A DNA stretch of 64,000 nucleotides, taken from positions 27,094,001-27,158,000 of the forward strand of contig OX597822.1 in the NCBI GenBank assembly GCA_951406725.2, in the 5' to 3' direction. Below, in pieces: positions 11,388 to 24,332 of the stretch. The position numbers and the translations under genes were made by a program. Position 1 is the stretch's first letter. Each line of letters begins with the position of its first letter. The stretch comes from Octopus vulgaris (taxonomy: Eukaryota). Under the pieces are notes generated by a model, which saw only the letters and a list, made by a program, of their open reading frames with translations, was not told the origin of the DNA and made no database searches.

Positions 11388-11446
<59 letters not shown>

Positions 11447-11567
11447 TCCATGCATACATGCTTATATATACGTATGTATGTATATATATATATACATATA
11501 TCGTTAGAATTTACAAATAAAAACAAAAGACGAAGACGAGTGTGTAAAAAACAAACAGATAGATGTA

Positions 11568-11601
<34 letters not shown>

Positions 11602-11768
11602 TGCATATGTACCCCCTCACACACTCGTACGCACACACATGCTGGTACGCTTGCATGTGTTTTAGTTCAAAGCAGAGAACTCATTTTATCTCAGATATTT
11701 AACGTTATTGTTGTATTCGTACACAAATCAAATGAAGAACGTAAACTCTAAGCAGTGATTTTCATTAG

Positions 11769-11819
<51 letters not shown>

Positions 11820-11955
11820 CACGAAAATCTCGGTCCTTGAGTCACCTTGTAATTTCTGCCGATTAAAACTAAACACACACACACACATATTTATACTCAT
11901 GTTTTGAGTAGTGTATTACCCGTTTTTATTCTCTATGTATGTGCATGTTGAAAAG

Positions 11956-12039
11956 TCTTGACTGAGGAAGGTATTACGTAAGTACTCTTACATAATTACT
12001 CGAAACACAGTTATATACTGAACTGACTAGAATCCAAGA
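11956..12039 (+). ncRNA. Possible decayed hammerhead ribozyme
   Basis: CUGAGGA at 11962-11968, a long imperfect stem II (tattacgtaag/cttacataat), GAAAC at 12002-12006 and outer pairing tcttg/caaga. Stem III and the cleavage junction are imperfect. Confidence 0.4.
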
Positions 12040-13125
12040 TTGAGTTTGTGGCTTATTCAATTATTCAGCAATGGTACTTCATATGTGAATAAGTTGCAAG
12101 TCGCTGAATTTACAGTCCCAGTCAACCCATTAAGTTTCTACGAAAAAGTATTGAGCTTTTCGGAGTAAACAACTGTTGATCCTAGCTTCTCAAACACGAA
12201 ACATACAGTTAGCTTCCTTGGGAAATGAAACACTCTTTCCAAGCTACCGAATATACTTGACACCACTTCAGTAGTGACTGTCCACCAAACCAAACCAAAC
12301 CAAACCAAATCAATCTCTCTGGAACAAAACACAAAATGATCGTATATACTAACTCAATCTTTTACATTCTTTTTCCTTTTTTCTCTTAGTTTCTATTTCT
12401 AGCTCTCTCCACAAAGCAATACACCTACAGACATACATATAGGCACACAATATCTTGACTTTCTCCCTCTTTCTCTTTTGAGTAGTTTATATCAGTTTTC
12501 TATGCTCAAAGTGTAGTCAGCTATATATGCAGGCATGCAAACACGTACACAGCACATATAAATGAATCTATTTAGTGATTATGGAACAGCTGTCTCCACA
12601 GTGAATGAATACATACGTACATACATAGAAACACACACACATACTCATACATATAGACACACATAATCTATACATACATACATGAATGCATACCTACATA
12701 TCCATGTATGTGTGTGTATATATGTGTACGCTTGTGTATGCACGCACATGAATATTGATTAAGCAGAATAAGACCATAGATATCTGATATCATACTATTG
12801 CGACATCAAAACTACACTTGATACCATAGCAATTTTTCGTTTGATTCTATCTTTATCTCACCGTTCTTATATTTCTTCATTTATCAACCAAATCATCTAT
12901 TCGTCCGTCCATCCGTCCGTCAGTCAGTCCGCCCGCCTATCCATCCGTCCGTCCGTCCGTCCGTCTGTCCATCCATCCAACCATCCATCTGAAATTAATC
13001 TATTCCCTTCAATACGACGTTATCTTTCTCTCTTCTCGTCTTCTTTCTTCTCTTAATCATTTTCTTCCTCCTACCCTGTGAAACTACCTATACCTCACAG
13101 TTCTCCCCTCCCGCTTTCACCCAGC

Positions 13126-13156
<31 letters not shown>

Positions 13157-13296
13157 TCTGTCTGCTCCTGCTTCTCACACTTTCTCTTTTTGTATTGTGC
13201 AAAAGAATTACTTCCAGAGATATTTTCGAAAAGAAGGAACACTGTGAATTTTGTGAAAGTGTGTGTGTGTGTGTGAGAGAGAGAGCGAGAGAGAGG

Positions 13297-13327
<31 letters not shown>

Positions 13328-15554
13328 AGAAGAGAGAGAGAGAAACAGAAGGAGAAGGAGAGAGCGAATGGGAAAGCTAAACGTATTTCCAAAGATAATA
13401 AACTATATAATTGAAGCTTGTTTCTCTCCAGGGAATCGAAACCTAACCGCTGATTCAATTTGTCATTCTATCTATCGTTGTGTTTATTTCATTATAAGTG
13501 TGACCCCTGATCAGACATTAAATATCTCCATTTGCTTGTTTGAAGTTAATTTATAAGTCGTTAATTCACTCGGAGTTTTGGGTAGATAACTCTCGAAGGC
13601 CTTGTTTATATCGTTTTATGTAGGCAACAATGGCATAGCGGGAATCAGTGCTGTCATGAACGTTGGCATTATAGAATTAACGAGAACATAAGTTGTCAAG
13701 TTCATCTTCATGTTCGAATATAACCTCAAAATGTAAGACCTCTGTCAAGCTAAATGCACCACGATCTCATCAGCTGTGAGACTCGTCAGCTGTGAGATTC
13801 ATTAGCATTATATAAAATTTATTGACAAGTGAAATAAAAATTACAATCACTGAATTAATTAGAGTTCCCGACTTCAAAGAAATATATATGTTTATGTTGT
13901 AGATATACCGATTGACTGCGTTGCTGAAACAAAATCAATCTGGTGAGGCTAGGGCAAATGTCAGTGGGTCATACTTATAACAGCTCCAGGATGAAGTTAA
14001 GCGTTATTTATTGCTGCAGGATGAAGTTAGATATTGTTATTTATTACTGCTCCCAATCACACCATAAACAATTGCTTTGTTTGCGTAGAAGCTTTACTGA
14101 TAAGCTGTAGGTGTAAATAAGCATGTATAAGATCAAGCAGCGATTCTTCATTTTTTAATGCTGCTACCAATTGACAAAACAATGCCACAAGAGTTGGGAA
14201 CAGTAATGGTTTAGTTTCTATTTCAGGGCGTGAAGTAGATGAGACACATCTATGGCTGACAATATTTCCTTATAATTTGGTACCTACCTATTTTTTTGTC
14301 AGCTAGATAAGACTGAACGCGTAAAGTAAAATTGTAAATTTCTCTGCTCAGAAATGCAACTAACTCCTGGCAACGTACATGGATAAGCAAATGAATGTTG
14401 ATGAAACAATCTTCAATGACATGACTAATTCATTGGTGCTTTCAACCATAAGATATAATATATAAATCTAACAACGGAATACGATGATTTATAACGTAAT
14501 TTCAAGAAAATTTGGTGAGAGTACATCCAATCTAATCCGCCACAATATATGCCAGATAAACATTTCATCGATTGAAAGGGAAAGTCGACTGCATCAGGAT
14601 TTGTTTTGTTGCGTGGGGCGTATCTTTTAGTCAGGGAGGAAGGTAGTGACCATGACCCATTTTTGAGAGCTTCCAAAGTTCATAAGAAGCAGGAAAGTAT
14701 CCTCAAAACGGTCTACAAGAATGCAAGCAGCAAAGTGGATTTTCTTAAAGATACTTAATGACTAGGTGTTGGGGTTAAACTGAGCGACAGATTAAGTCTA
14801 CCACCCAAATAAACCGTGATGACATTTAAGCACAGAATATAAAAGAAACAGAACAAATAATACTGCAAACCATTCGGTCCGAATTCTTACAGTTCCGTTA
14901 ATACATCACCAAGGATTGGTACTATTTCTATCCAACCTAAAGAGAACGAGAGGCTAAAATTTGATATGAGTTGAACTCAGCGCACAGAGAATTGCGTCAA
15001 ACACCGCGGAACATTATATACCGCGTTGTGTCGTCTTGAAGTCATATATAAAATGTGTATTCTAACATAGGCACAAGACTAGAATTGGAGGCAGGGAGTT
15101 AGTTGATTAAATCGATACAGAAATTTTAATGGATCCTAGAAGACTGAGAGTCAAGATGGATCTCAGCTTGATTTGAACACTGAAAAGTAAAAGGACTGAG
15201 CAAATATTGGAAAGCACCTCTCTCCGACGCTCTTACGTTTCTGCTAATACGCCAATTTGAGATCAAATGTAAAAGGAAATGTTGCTAAATATTGTTAGAC
15301 ATTGTATTTGGCTCTCTGCTGACTCGGCCACGTTTTTAAATACGATATAAGGAACTATAACGATATAATATTACAGCCATCCATACAAGAAATCTTCAAT
15401 ATACATACATACAAATATGCATACCTATATATATATATATATATATATATACATACACACATACATAATGCATACCTATATATATATATATACATACACA
15501 CATACATATGCACGCACACATACATATATACACACATGACCATACATACATACG

Positions 15555-15603
<49 letters not shown>

Positions 15604-17142
15604 GAGAGAGAGAGAGCTATGCATATAGATACACACACACGTAGTACATATAATATGAACACTCATAGGCATATATCGCATACACGTGTGTATGTGCGTG
15701 TATGGATATGATATTTATATAATGCACATGCATTTATATATATGTATGTATTTATGCATGTATATATAAAGAGAGAGAGAGAGAGAGAGAGAGAGAGTAA
15801 AGGAGAGAGAGAGCGACAGAAAGAAAGAAAAAAAGAAAGAAAGAGAAGAGGTGTCATCAGTCTGCATGGAAGCAATGAAGAAATATCTCATTAGCAAAGT
15901 GTCAAAGACTAGAAATACGTTACGGTATAGAACAATGGTGAGGTTGAATGAGAAATGTGAAGTGAAATGACTTGCTAGCGCAATCCTTTCACTCGTGTCA
16001 GTAATTAACAATGGGATCTGTTCTGGATATGAGCTACTTCATCTTATGAAATTATTCAATCTTTTGGAAGCTAATATTAAAGGTGATCAACGGCTGTCAT
16101 GATGAAGTTTTGTATTAAACATTACCTTTTCTCTTACGAATCAAAAAATAGCAACCTTTACACGGTTACTGTGCCTGCTAAAAATAGCCGTCTTAAGCAG
16201 CGTACAGTCAGTGTAACGGTTCAAAATGGACAGGACAGAGCACCCATGACAATCCTGAGATCATTTGATGAGATTTCTTCCCACCCCTGCGTACAAAAAA
16301 AAAAAAACAAACAAACAAAAAAAACGTCCTGAGGTCTTTTGAAATTTAAAGGCAAATTCTCCAAATTCTCCTTAAACGAAATTAATCCTGTTCTGCCTTG
16401 TAAAATTTCATTTGGACAACCATACAACACCAATCCCATTCAAAGGATACCCTCACCGCCATAGAGCAATGGAAGGTAATTCTGGATAATCTTCCCACCA
16501 CCCGAGCATATATATATATATATGTTCTTATACACACACACACACACACACGCACTCACATATGATCCACAGCTTCTTTGACTTTGCATTAGTGACCCAA
16601 GAACAGTCATGCTTAACCTTGTACAATTTCACTCAGACACCTTAGCAGCACCCATCGCTACCATCATAAAGGAGAAAATACTTGTGATAAAATAGATAAG
16701 TGAATAAATAGATAAAAACACTGCCTATTCGAATTTTGAATATTCAAATTTTGCATCGGGGATCTGAAAGAACTCTGGTTCTCCATTGAAAACTTTCACT
16801 TGGAGGCAATGGCTACACCAATTCCCATCAGATGACACCTCACCGTCGAAAATCAATGAAAGAATAATTAAAATATTTCTAGATATACAAAAATACGCGA
16901 GTATCAAGACTGGAACACCTTCGATTAAAAGTGTGCTCAGTAAGGACTGAGATTTGGAGGAAGAAGGTTGACCGACTATATCTACCTCAGTTCTAAACTG
17001 GTGCCTTATTTCATTGACCCGCGAGATATTTCAGGCTAATGTAATCCCAGAAAGATTTGAACTCAGAATGTACTGTGACAGAATACCATGATTTTTCTGC
17101 CATCACCCCACCATCTTTCTGATGATGATAATAAAAGTAATA

Positions 17143-17556
17143 ATCCTTTCTGCTATAGGCACAAGACCTGGAATTTGAGGGAGGGGGCTAGTCGATTACA
17201 TGGACCCCAGCGTTCAATTGGTACTTATTTTATCGACCCCGAAAGGATGAAAAGCAAAGTCAACTTCGACGGAATTTGAACTCAACGGTAAGACAGACAA
17301 AATGCCGTTAAACATTTTGCCCAATATGCTATCGATTCTTAGTTCTTTACTGGCCACAAGGGGCTAAAAACAGAGGGGACAAACGGATTAAGTCGACTAT
17401 ATCGACCCCAGTGCGTAACCGGTACTTATTTAATAGATCCCGAAAGGATGAAAGGCAAAGTCGACCTCGGCGGAATTTGAACTCAGAACTTAACGGCAGA
17501 TGAAATATGGCTACGCATTTCGCCCGGCGTGCTAACGTTTCTCCCAGATCGCTGCC
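17143..17556 (-). mobile_element. Family-A SINE dimer
   Basis: Two cores in tandem on the minus strand: a tail-1 unit, then a tail-2 unit. Confidence 0.85.
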
Positions 17557-17969
17557 TTTAATGATAAAAGTAATAATGGTTCGTGATTTAGGAACAAAGC
17601 CAACGAATTACAAGGGGTGATTATTCTATCGCTCCCGGTAGAGAACGAAAGCAAAACTGACACCAGCAGAATTTGAAGAGTTGGAAGAAATACAAAGCAT
17701 TTTCCCGATGCTCAGCGATTCGGTCATCTGGTCACCTTGAATTATTGTTTCAAATATAGAAACAAGGATGAAGTTTGGAGGAGAGGTTAATCGATACGGT
17801 CAATCCAAGTAATTGACGGATACTTTATTTTATCGACCTCGAAAGGAAGGAAAACAAAGTTGATTTCGGTTGGGTGACGGATTAAGTCTACCAACCATGT
17901 AAGTCTTGGTGTAACTTGAACTAAGAATACAAGAACCAGAACAAAAAGCTGCACGGTATCTTGTTTTAA

Positions 17970-18206
17970 GGCGGCGAGCTGGCAGAAACATTAGCACGCC
18001 GGGCGAAATGCTTATTGGTATTTCGTCTGTCTCTACGTTCTGAGTTCAAATTCCGCCGAGGTCAACTTTGCCTTTCATCCTTTCGGGGTCGATAAATTAA
18101 GTACTAGTTACGCGCTTGGGTCGATGTAATCGACTTAATCCGTTTGTCTATCCTTGTTTGTCCCCTCTATGTTTAGCCCCTTGTGGGTAGTAAATAAATA
18201 GGTATT
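17970..18206 (+). mobile_element. Family-A SINE monomer
   Basis: ggcggcgagctggcagaaac head, gagttcaaattcc B box, core, tail ending aaataggtattt. Confidence 0.9.
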
Positions 18207-19804
18207 TTGTTTTACTTCTTTACATTTTCGATGATCCGCACACTTCGGATTTCTACTCCAAAAGAATAAAAGCGATGAAATTTGAACCAAGAGAACCGAA
18301 TGTCGGGAAAAGGTACTACGAAGTATTCGATATGATGCTCTGACGACCGTGCCAATCCCATGCCTAAATCCCTCGATATTATATCCTACCGCCTTAAATA
18401 AAGAAACATAATGGATAAATTCGTCTCCGATGTATAAAATTTCGAGATAGTTACGTTTTGAAAAAAATTTTATTTGACCGGAGATGAGTTCACCCAGGTC
18501 TGACCTGAGGTTAAATAGCAACAACGACAATAAAAAAAAAAAGAAAACAACAGCAGCAGTAACATCTATTTCCTGGCTTTTTAGACAGGCTAATACAGGA
18601 TTACATAACTCAGCGACAGCTACAAAAGTAGGAAACGGTGCAGTATAATGTCAATACGACTTTCGCAGCTGAACTGAACTGATTCCAAACACTGGTTTCA
18701 AAGTTTGGTGACAAGAAGAGAAATGGTCAACACTAAAGCAGCTGTCCCTTGATGCTCTACATTATAATGGCATCTTCAATTGGTTCGCCCAAGATCAAAC
18801 AGGTTGCGGAGCTCAGCAGCGGTTTGCAATTAAGCCGGAGATGAGACATCATGAACTAAAGCAGCAGTATAATTTGTATAAGATGGACAGCTTTGCCTGT
18901 GAGACAGCTATAAATATTCAACAGCCTTAGTGTGTAGCTCATAAATATTCTAACATTAAAAGAATCGTTTGTTTGTCTCAGATAACTCGGAGGAAAGTGA
19001 ATAAAATTCACTATTAATATCATATATGTTTTTATAGACTATAAAAATGAATAGCAGTACTTGATTTAATGCCGTGTTGTTGTGAGTGTCAAAATATTTG
19101 TAACCCATTTGTTATGGATATAAAGGATCGGGCAAAACACATGCTAAAAGGATTCCTTAAGGTGTTTTATATTTTCATAATAACTCAATGAAATTCAAAT
19201 ACTGTCTTCAGGATGTGTGGGAAAATTATTTCAAAGATGTGGTCGGCTGGTGTCATTAAAATGCGATTACAGTAAATATTATATGAAACATGATAAGAAA
19301 GCGTTGTTCATGTGTGGATTTTTATTAGTTAGTTCAAGTGAATCAGCTGAACGGTTTCGATTCCCGGCTTAAATTATTTCATGTTACTTAAACCGCGGAT
19401 GTTCTTGGATAAACCACGAGTATTCCTAATTTTGGCTTAATAAAATAATTTCTCCTATAGTTTTGCATCTGTGGCAGTATTGTAACAGTTGGCTGTCCAT
19501 TAAATTTTATTTGCCTTAGGGTCTGAATCGAGTATAACCGCTACTAGCTTGTAACAGTAATAAAAAATCTAGCATTAGTGAGCAGTTCATCGATTATCAG
19601 AGTCTTTGGAGCGTCGAACAAAATGCGTTGCGGTATTTGGTCCGGCTTTCTGTGCTCCGACTTCAAATGCTTCTGTGGTCAACTTCACCTTTCACGTTTT
19701 CGGGGTCGATAAAGAAAGTACTAGTGCACAATGACAATATCAACAAAAACAATATCAATTATGTCATAACCACCACCATCGACACAATAAGAACAGCACC
19801 ACCA

Positions 19805-20000
19805 GGAGGCGCAATGGCCCAGTGGTTAGGGCAGCAGACTCGCGGTCGGAGGATCGCGGTTTCAATTCCCAGACCGGGCGTTGTGTGTTTATTGAGCGAA
19901 AACACCTAAAGGTCCAGGAGGCTCCATCAGGGGGTGGTGGCGACCACTGTTGTACTCTTTCACCCCAACTTTATCTCACACTTTCTTCTTGTTTCTTGTC
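19805..20000 (+). mobile_element. tRNA-derived SINE (family C), 5' part
   Basis: ggaggcgcaaTGGCCCAGTGGttagggcagcagactcgcggtcggaggatcgcGGTTTCAATTCCcagacc gives A and B boxes with tRNA spacing. The body actctttcaccccaacttt is shared with 29743-29770. Confidence 0.75.
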
Positions 20001-20784
20001 CCCGACTTCCTACGCAACCACTAAGACTGGATGCGCATTCATCCATCCGTCGATGTTCTCTGTGTCGGGAATTGACCTGCTTTCTCTTCTGCGGGTCTTA
20101 CGAATAGCAAAGGACCACGTTTCGGACTTCCCCCATCTTGCGAGCTCTGGGACGAAGACCGTTCGCTCAAGAGCAACAGCAACAGCACCAGCAACAACAA
20201 AAGTCCAGCTATTATTATCAGCCAAGACATGGTGAAGGCCGTAGCACTATACACGTAGAAATTGCCAGCAAAAAGGGTATATTCATATCACAGGCAGATA
20301 GAGCAATAAAAATGTATACAAGGAAGGGAAGTTTACAAACAGGAATAGATGTTTATATTATCGTCCACTAGTGCCATCACCAACAGACGTGGAGGCGTAG
20401 AAGAATGTTTAAAATGTGTTTGAATGTTTTCCTTTACAATAATACCAACCTGAGATAGTCTAGATCAGTAAGTAGTCTCTATCGCTTCCCTTTTCCTTCC
20501 TTCTTTCCTCCCTCTCTCCCTCCCTTCCTTCCTCCCTCTCTCCCTCCTTTCCTTCCCTCCTTCTTTTCTTTCTTTCTTTCTTTCACTTTTTTCCGTCATA
20601 AATACGAGAAATACCTTTTACTGAACAAACTAGCGTTATCCAGACCAGCTTACAAAACAAACAATTTTTTTTACCACTTGGGATTTAGCTTTTATGATCA
20701 CAGCTAAGCAGCAGCAACAACAACAACAACAACAAAATTTGTATCAAATCTCTGAGCTAAGCTGAAGCAAGCTCTGTTCTCACT

Positions 20785-20970
20785 TCAGCCAGTCTTTCTA
20801 TTTAAATAAAGATTTACAGAGAAGCTTTCCAAAATCTCATGACAGAGTTCTGTCCCGTATTGTACTGAAAGTGTGCGATGAATTTCAGCCCCTGATACAT
20901 CTATAGACCATAGAAACCGCATCACTGATTTCTGTTCTTCCATGATGCACACTGCCAGCGTAAGGACCAT
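20785..20970 (-). pseudogene. Mariner transposase N-terminal HTH fragment
   Basis: EEQKSVMRFLWSIDVSGAEIHRTLSVQYG fits the mariner/Mos1-type N-terminal pattern EQRxVIxFL...AEIHxxLxxxYG. Truncated. Confidence 0.75.
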
Positions 20971-20979
20971 GTTTACTCC

Positions 20980-21377
20980 CTTTTTACTCTTTTACTTGTT
21001 TCAGTCATTTGACTGTAGTCATGCTGGAGCACCGCCTTTAGTCGACCAAATCGACCCGGGGACTTATTCTTTGTAAGCCTAGTACTTATTCTATCGGTCT
21101 ATTTTGCCGAACCGCTAAGTTACGAGGACGTAAACACACCACCATCGGCTGTCAAGCGATGTTGGGGGGGGGGGCAAACACAGATACACAAACATACATA
21201 CACATACATATATACGATGGGCTTCTTTCAGTTTCCATCTACCAAATCCACCCACTAGGCTGTGATCTGCCCGAGGCTATAGTAGAAGACACTTGCCCAC
21301 GGCACCATGCAGTGGGACTGAACCCGGAACTATGTGGTTCGTTAGCAAGCTACTTACCACAAAGCCACTCCTACGCC
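20980..21377 (-). mobile_element. SINE family B, full-length copy
   Basis: Reverse complement of the 2304-2702 layout, with a short internal microsatellite. Confidence 0.85.
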
Positions 21378-22043
21378 TATATTACTCTGTAATACAAAAA
21401 TAGAAAAAGGAAACTAGAACGATCAAGAGCAAATCTCAGTTACATAAGCACAAGATGCTCTTTGGATAAACTACAAGCGTTCATAATTTTGGCGTAATAA
21501 AATAATTTCTTATATAGTGTTGTTCTTCTTCAGTAAAGCGTTCAGGAAAAAAAGTATGAACAGCGCTCGCATGCCCTTGTGTGTGTATGTGTGCTTGCGT
21601 GTAGATGTGTAAATGTAGTCTTACCCTAAAATAAATAGAAAAATAATAGAAAACATGCCGCTACGATCACTGACAGGTTGTGATTTCTGCGCAGTTTCTT
21701 CATTCAACTTTCATACGGGTAATCAGTTTTACACGGCCAAATTTTGCGATTAAAGAGAGAAATATGTAGGTGTGGGTAGAGAGTATATTTCCTAATTATT
21801 TTGCATCCATTCTAGATACTTATGTTCAAATTGCGGTTACTCTTATTGATTAACATTTTGTAGCATATTATGAAATTTACTTTTTCACGCATGCTTATAA
21901 CGAAATGATATCTGCGAAAATTATAGCCTCCACTCATTAAAGTTTTCACACTTTGTAAGGCAACGACCTAGCAGAATCCTTTCCCTGCGGAGAAAAATGC
22001 TTAGCGGCTTTTCTTCCGACTTTGCGTTCTGACTTCAAATACC

Positions 22044-22453
22044 GGATCTTTTCGGTTTGAACGGCAGTTTTTAAAATAATTTCCACGTAACTAAACACTT
22101 TTAAACTTCATATACTGGTAGAATGTGTTTATAAAACATCTTTTTCTCTTGGCTTTATTGAGAAAATTCTATAGTTTGTAAGATATTTGTTGTTTTTTTC
22201 TTCAATTTCTGCAATTTCAACCAATCAATGACGTCTATTGAGGTAAAAAAAACATTCTGTGCCGTATGAATATGTCCCTCGTTTAAGAAACAGATTGGGT
22301 TTATTTACATTTGTGAAGAAAAAAGATACCTTCCCCCCAACCCTAACCCTAAAACAGATTGAAATGCAATAGATCGATACCAGGGTCATAATTATGGGTG
22401 TCAATTTCATATGACACCGCTAGAAAAAACTGCCGTTCAAACTGAAAAGATCC
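22044..22453 (+). mobile_element. 8-bp-TSD MITE copy 2, inserted in a family-A SINE
   Basis: TSD caaatacc at 22036-22043 and 22454-22461. The host SINE (about 21955-22590) resumes after the insertion. Confidence 0.92.
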
Positions 22454-24332
22454 CAAATACCACCAGGGTCGATTTAGCCTTTTATCTTTTCAGAGTCGAT
22501 AAAATAAGTATCGATGGAACACTGGGGGGGTCGATGTAATCGTCTTATCTCTTCTCCCGAAATTGCTGGCCTTTTACCAAAATTTAAAATCAAACTTTTT
22601 ACTCTTTGCAAAATAAAGAGAACAAAAAAAAAACAAAAAAAAAAAAAAAACACGAGTCTTTACAAAAGAAGTTTAACGAAACTAGGTTTCATTGATTTCG
22701 TAATTTTGGAGTTGATAAACTTGTATGTTATTCTCCAGAGCTTATAAACCTAAAATTATTTTACAGCCAAACCAAACATTTATTTTTGTACGGAGTTAAT
22801 GGATTCATAGTCTTGAAGTTAAAACCAAGACGTTTTTCTCTTCGCATAAACACAGTGAATGATGAATGCAGCTGGAGTTAAGGGAAACTGAGAGCAGTTT
22901 CTACTCAATCATAGGTAATAGGTTTATCTTTCTTACACAACATGCAAAGTTCTAAAGGTGCTATATTTATCTTATTTATGACATTGAAGCCGGTCTAAAT
23001 GGTCAGTGAGTAATAAAACGGTAAAAGCTGGAAACAACCGTACTGAAAATTCACTTCTTCATTAATTATTTGCTTCTTTTCTAGTTGCTAGGAGACTAAC
23101 ATGAAATGAAGTGACATAATATGCTACTTTCTCTCTATAAATCATCTCAAAGTCGATATACATCATTATTGTTATCTTCTGTGAAGCCAACAGCTGCTTC
23201 CAGCCCGGGTACATTGTCTGGTTAGCGATTACGACTTCTATTAAGATCGTTTGTAGAAATAGTTAACAGCGCCGATTCAGACAAAACAGAAGCTTAGTAA
23301 ACATCTTTGTGCATAAATCTCCGACGTGTTTGTTCTAATGCAATATGTGGACTCACACAAAACCATCGGACATCCACTTCCTTTCTTTCTCCCGGCTTAC
23401 TAATGGGTTTCGATATCTCGGTGAAGTTGTGTATATACATATGTCAATGAATGGGTCTTAAAATATTTGAAAGCGCTTCTATTAAAATTAAAAGTGTTTG
23501 CTCACAGAATTTGAAAGGCAATTATATCTTAAGCATTGATTCTGTCTGATACTAAATTTTATTGACTCATCTTATCGAGTAGTTAAGTGTACCTTGGCGG
23601 AAAGGGACAAGAGACAGATATCGAACCTGAACTCTGTGTGTGTGTGTATATATATATATGTGTGTGTGTTCCCACTACGTTTTATTCACTTGATCAAGAG
23701 GCGGTTAGAAATCATGTATCCAACGTATGGCGCAGCGGTTTCGAATCCCGAAAGACGACGGTATATATCAAATTTTGAGATGTTTCTAGTACTGCGACAT
23801 TGTTTGCTGCAAAATATTTAATTTAGGATGGAATTGAAGAAACTGTTGCTAAGTAGCTGTACCATTATTAGTACTGAAGTTCTATTATTATAATGAAATA
23901 TTTTCTTATCGATGGTACAAAAATATCAGTATATTAGTTGTTACTCTTATTGACTAAAAGGCTGATTTGTGTGTCCTTAAGTTTAATGTCTTCCACATAT
24001 TCTAGTTTTAATGTTAGATGTTAAAAAAAAATACACTGTGAATGTACCTCTGAGAGCAAATTTATTCTGAAGAGGTTCGAGTGGCAAGTCGTGTAATCTG
24101 TACCAGTGCGAGTGATAAGTAAAATGATTATTCCTACCGAGATATCGCATACTCATAAATAGTCTCCTGAACGTCCCAAACATTGTCACCTAACTAAAGC
24201 CAACCAATAAAAAGTTAAACATGAATACTTCTACGTGTTTCATCATAAACAGTTAAACATGAATACTTCTAAGTGCTTCATCTTTACGTTCCTGAATACC
24301 TTTACCGAACATTTCCATGATTTTTCTTTTTG

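Noticed and set aside
19805-19875. Functional tRNA gene
   Set aside because: A and B boxes are present but the cloverleaf is poor and the sequence runs into a SINE body.
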